From assembly GCF_033153115.1 (NCBI RefSeq), contig NW_026889778.1, positions 7,316,001 to 7,380,000 of the forward strand: a stretch of DNA of 64,000 nt. The letters are read 5' to 3'. The notes under the pieces are model-generated. The model did no database searches. It saw only the letters and a list, made by a program, of their open reading frames with translations, and had not been told where the DNA came from. Source of the DNA: Saccostrea echinata (lineage: Eukaryota). The translations under genes were made by a program, and so were the position numbers. Within the stretch, counting starts at the first letter, position 1. Each line of letters begins with the position of its first letter. Positions 63,602 through 64,000 of the stretch are shown here, piece by piece.

Positions 63602-64000
63602 GTTAGAAACATTTATTAATCATAAAAGAAGTTGCATTGTCTTGAATTATACCATAATTTATGGTGAAGTCTATACCCTACATTTTCTACAGATATTCCA
63701 TATGTATACAAATCTTACAATGACTAGATATTGAGCATCTTAAACAAAATCTTCTTATGTGTTCTTGCTTTTCTTCTTTCAGCTATGGTACCATTGGACA
63801 ATTATTTATTGGTGCTGTAAACATAATTGAAAATGACGACCTAGGGCAATTATTTTGAAAGATAAATACATTGAGTCCCAATCCATCAATTGGCGACAGA
63901 AACTCATTTCTGTTAAGAATTCTGAAGAGGATTGTGCAAGACGATGGGCGAAATATGAATGAATAGAATTTTACACTTTGTCAAAATCAATTACATGTTT

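Overview
AT-rich, intron-containing animal DNA. The repeat content (Naiad-type Penelope-like retroelements, tRNA-derived SINEs with (AATC)n tails, Helentron-type elements, TTAA- and TA-site MITEs) points to a bivalve mollusc, probably an oyster; that assignment is inference. The window holds a + strand tandem array of one gene family: a receptor-type protein tyrosine phosphatase built from a signal peptide, two degenerate F-type-lectin/galactose-binding-like domains, an EGF-like Cys-rich exon, a stalk, one TM helix, a juxtamembrane region with an ITIM-like motif, a SINGLE intact PTP domain and a C-terminal SVL PDZ-binding motif. Copy C (43850-55080) can be assembled by hand into 17 GT-AG exons with consistent phases and an open frame of about 741 aa. 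Copies A (11789-24582) and B (27806-36439) are disabled. The last two exons of an upstream copy (copy 0) lie at 5559-5990, and dead duplicate PTP exons lie at ~261-389 and ~63458-63601. Introns and spacers are packed with nested transposon fragments. There are four N gaps. All coordinates, alignments and counts were done by eye; no database searches were run.
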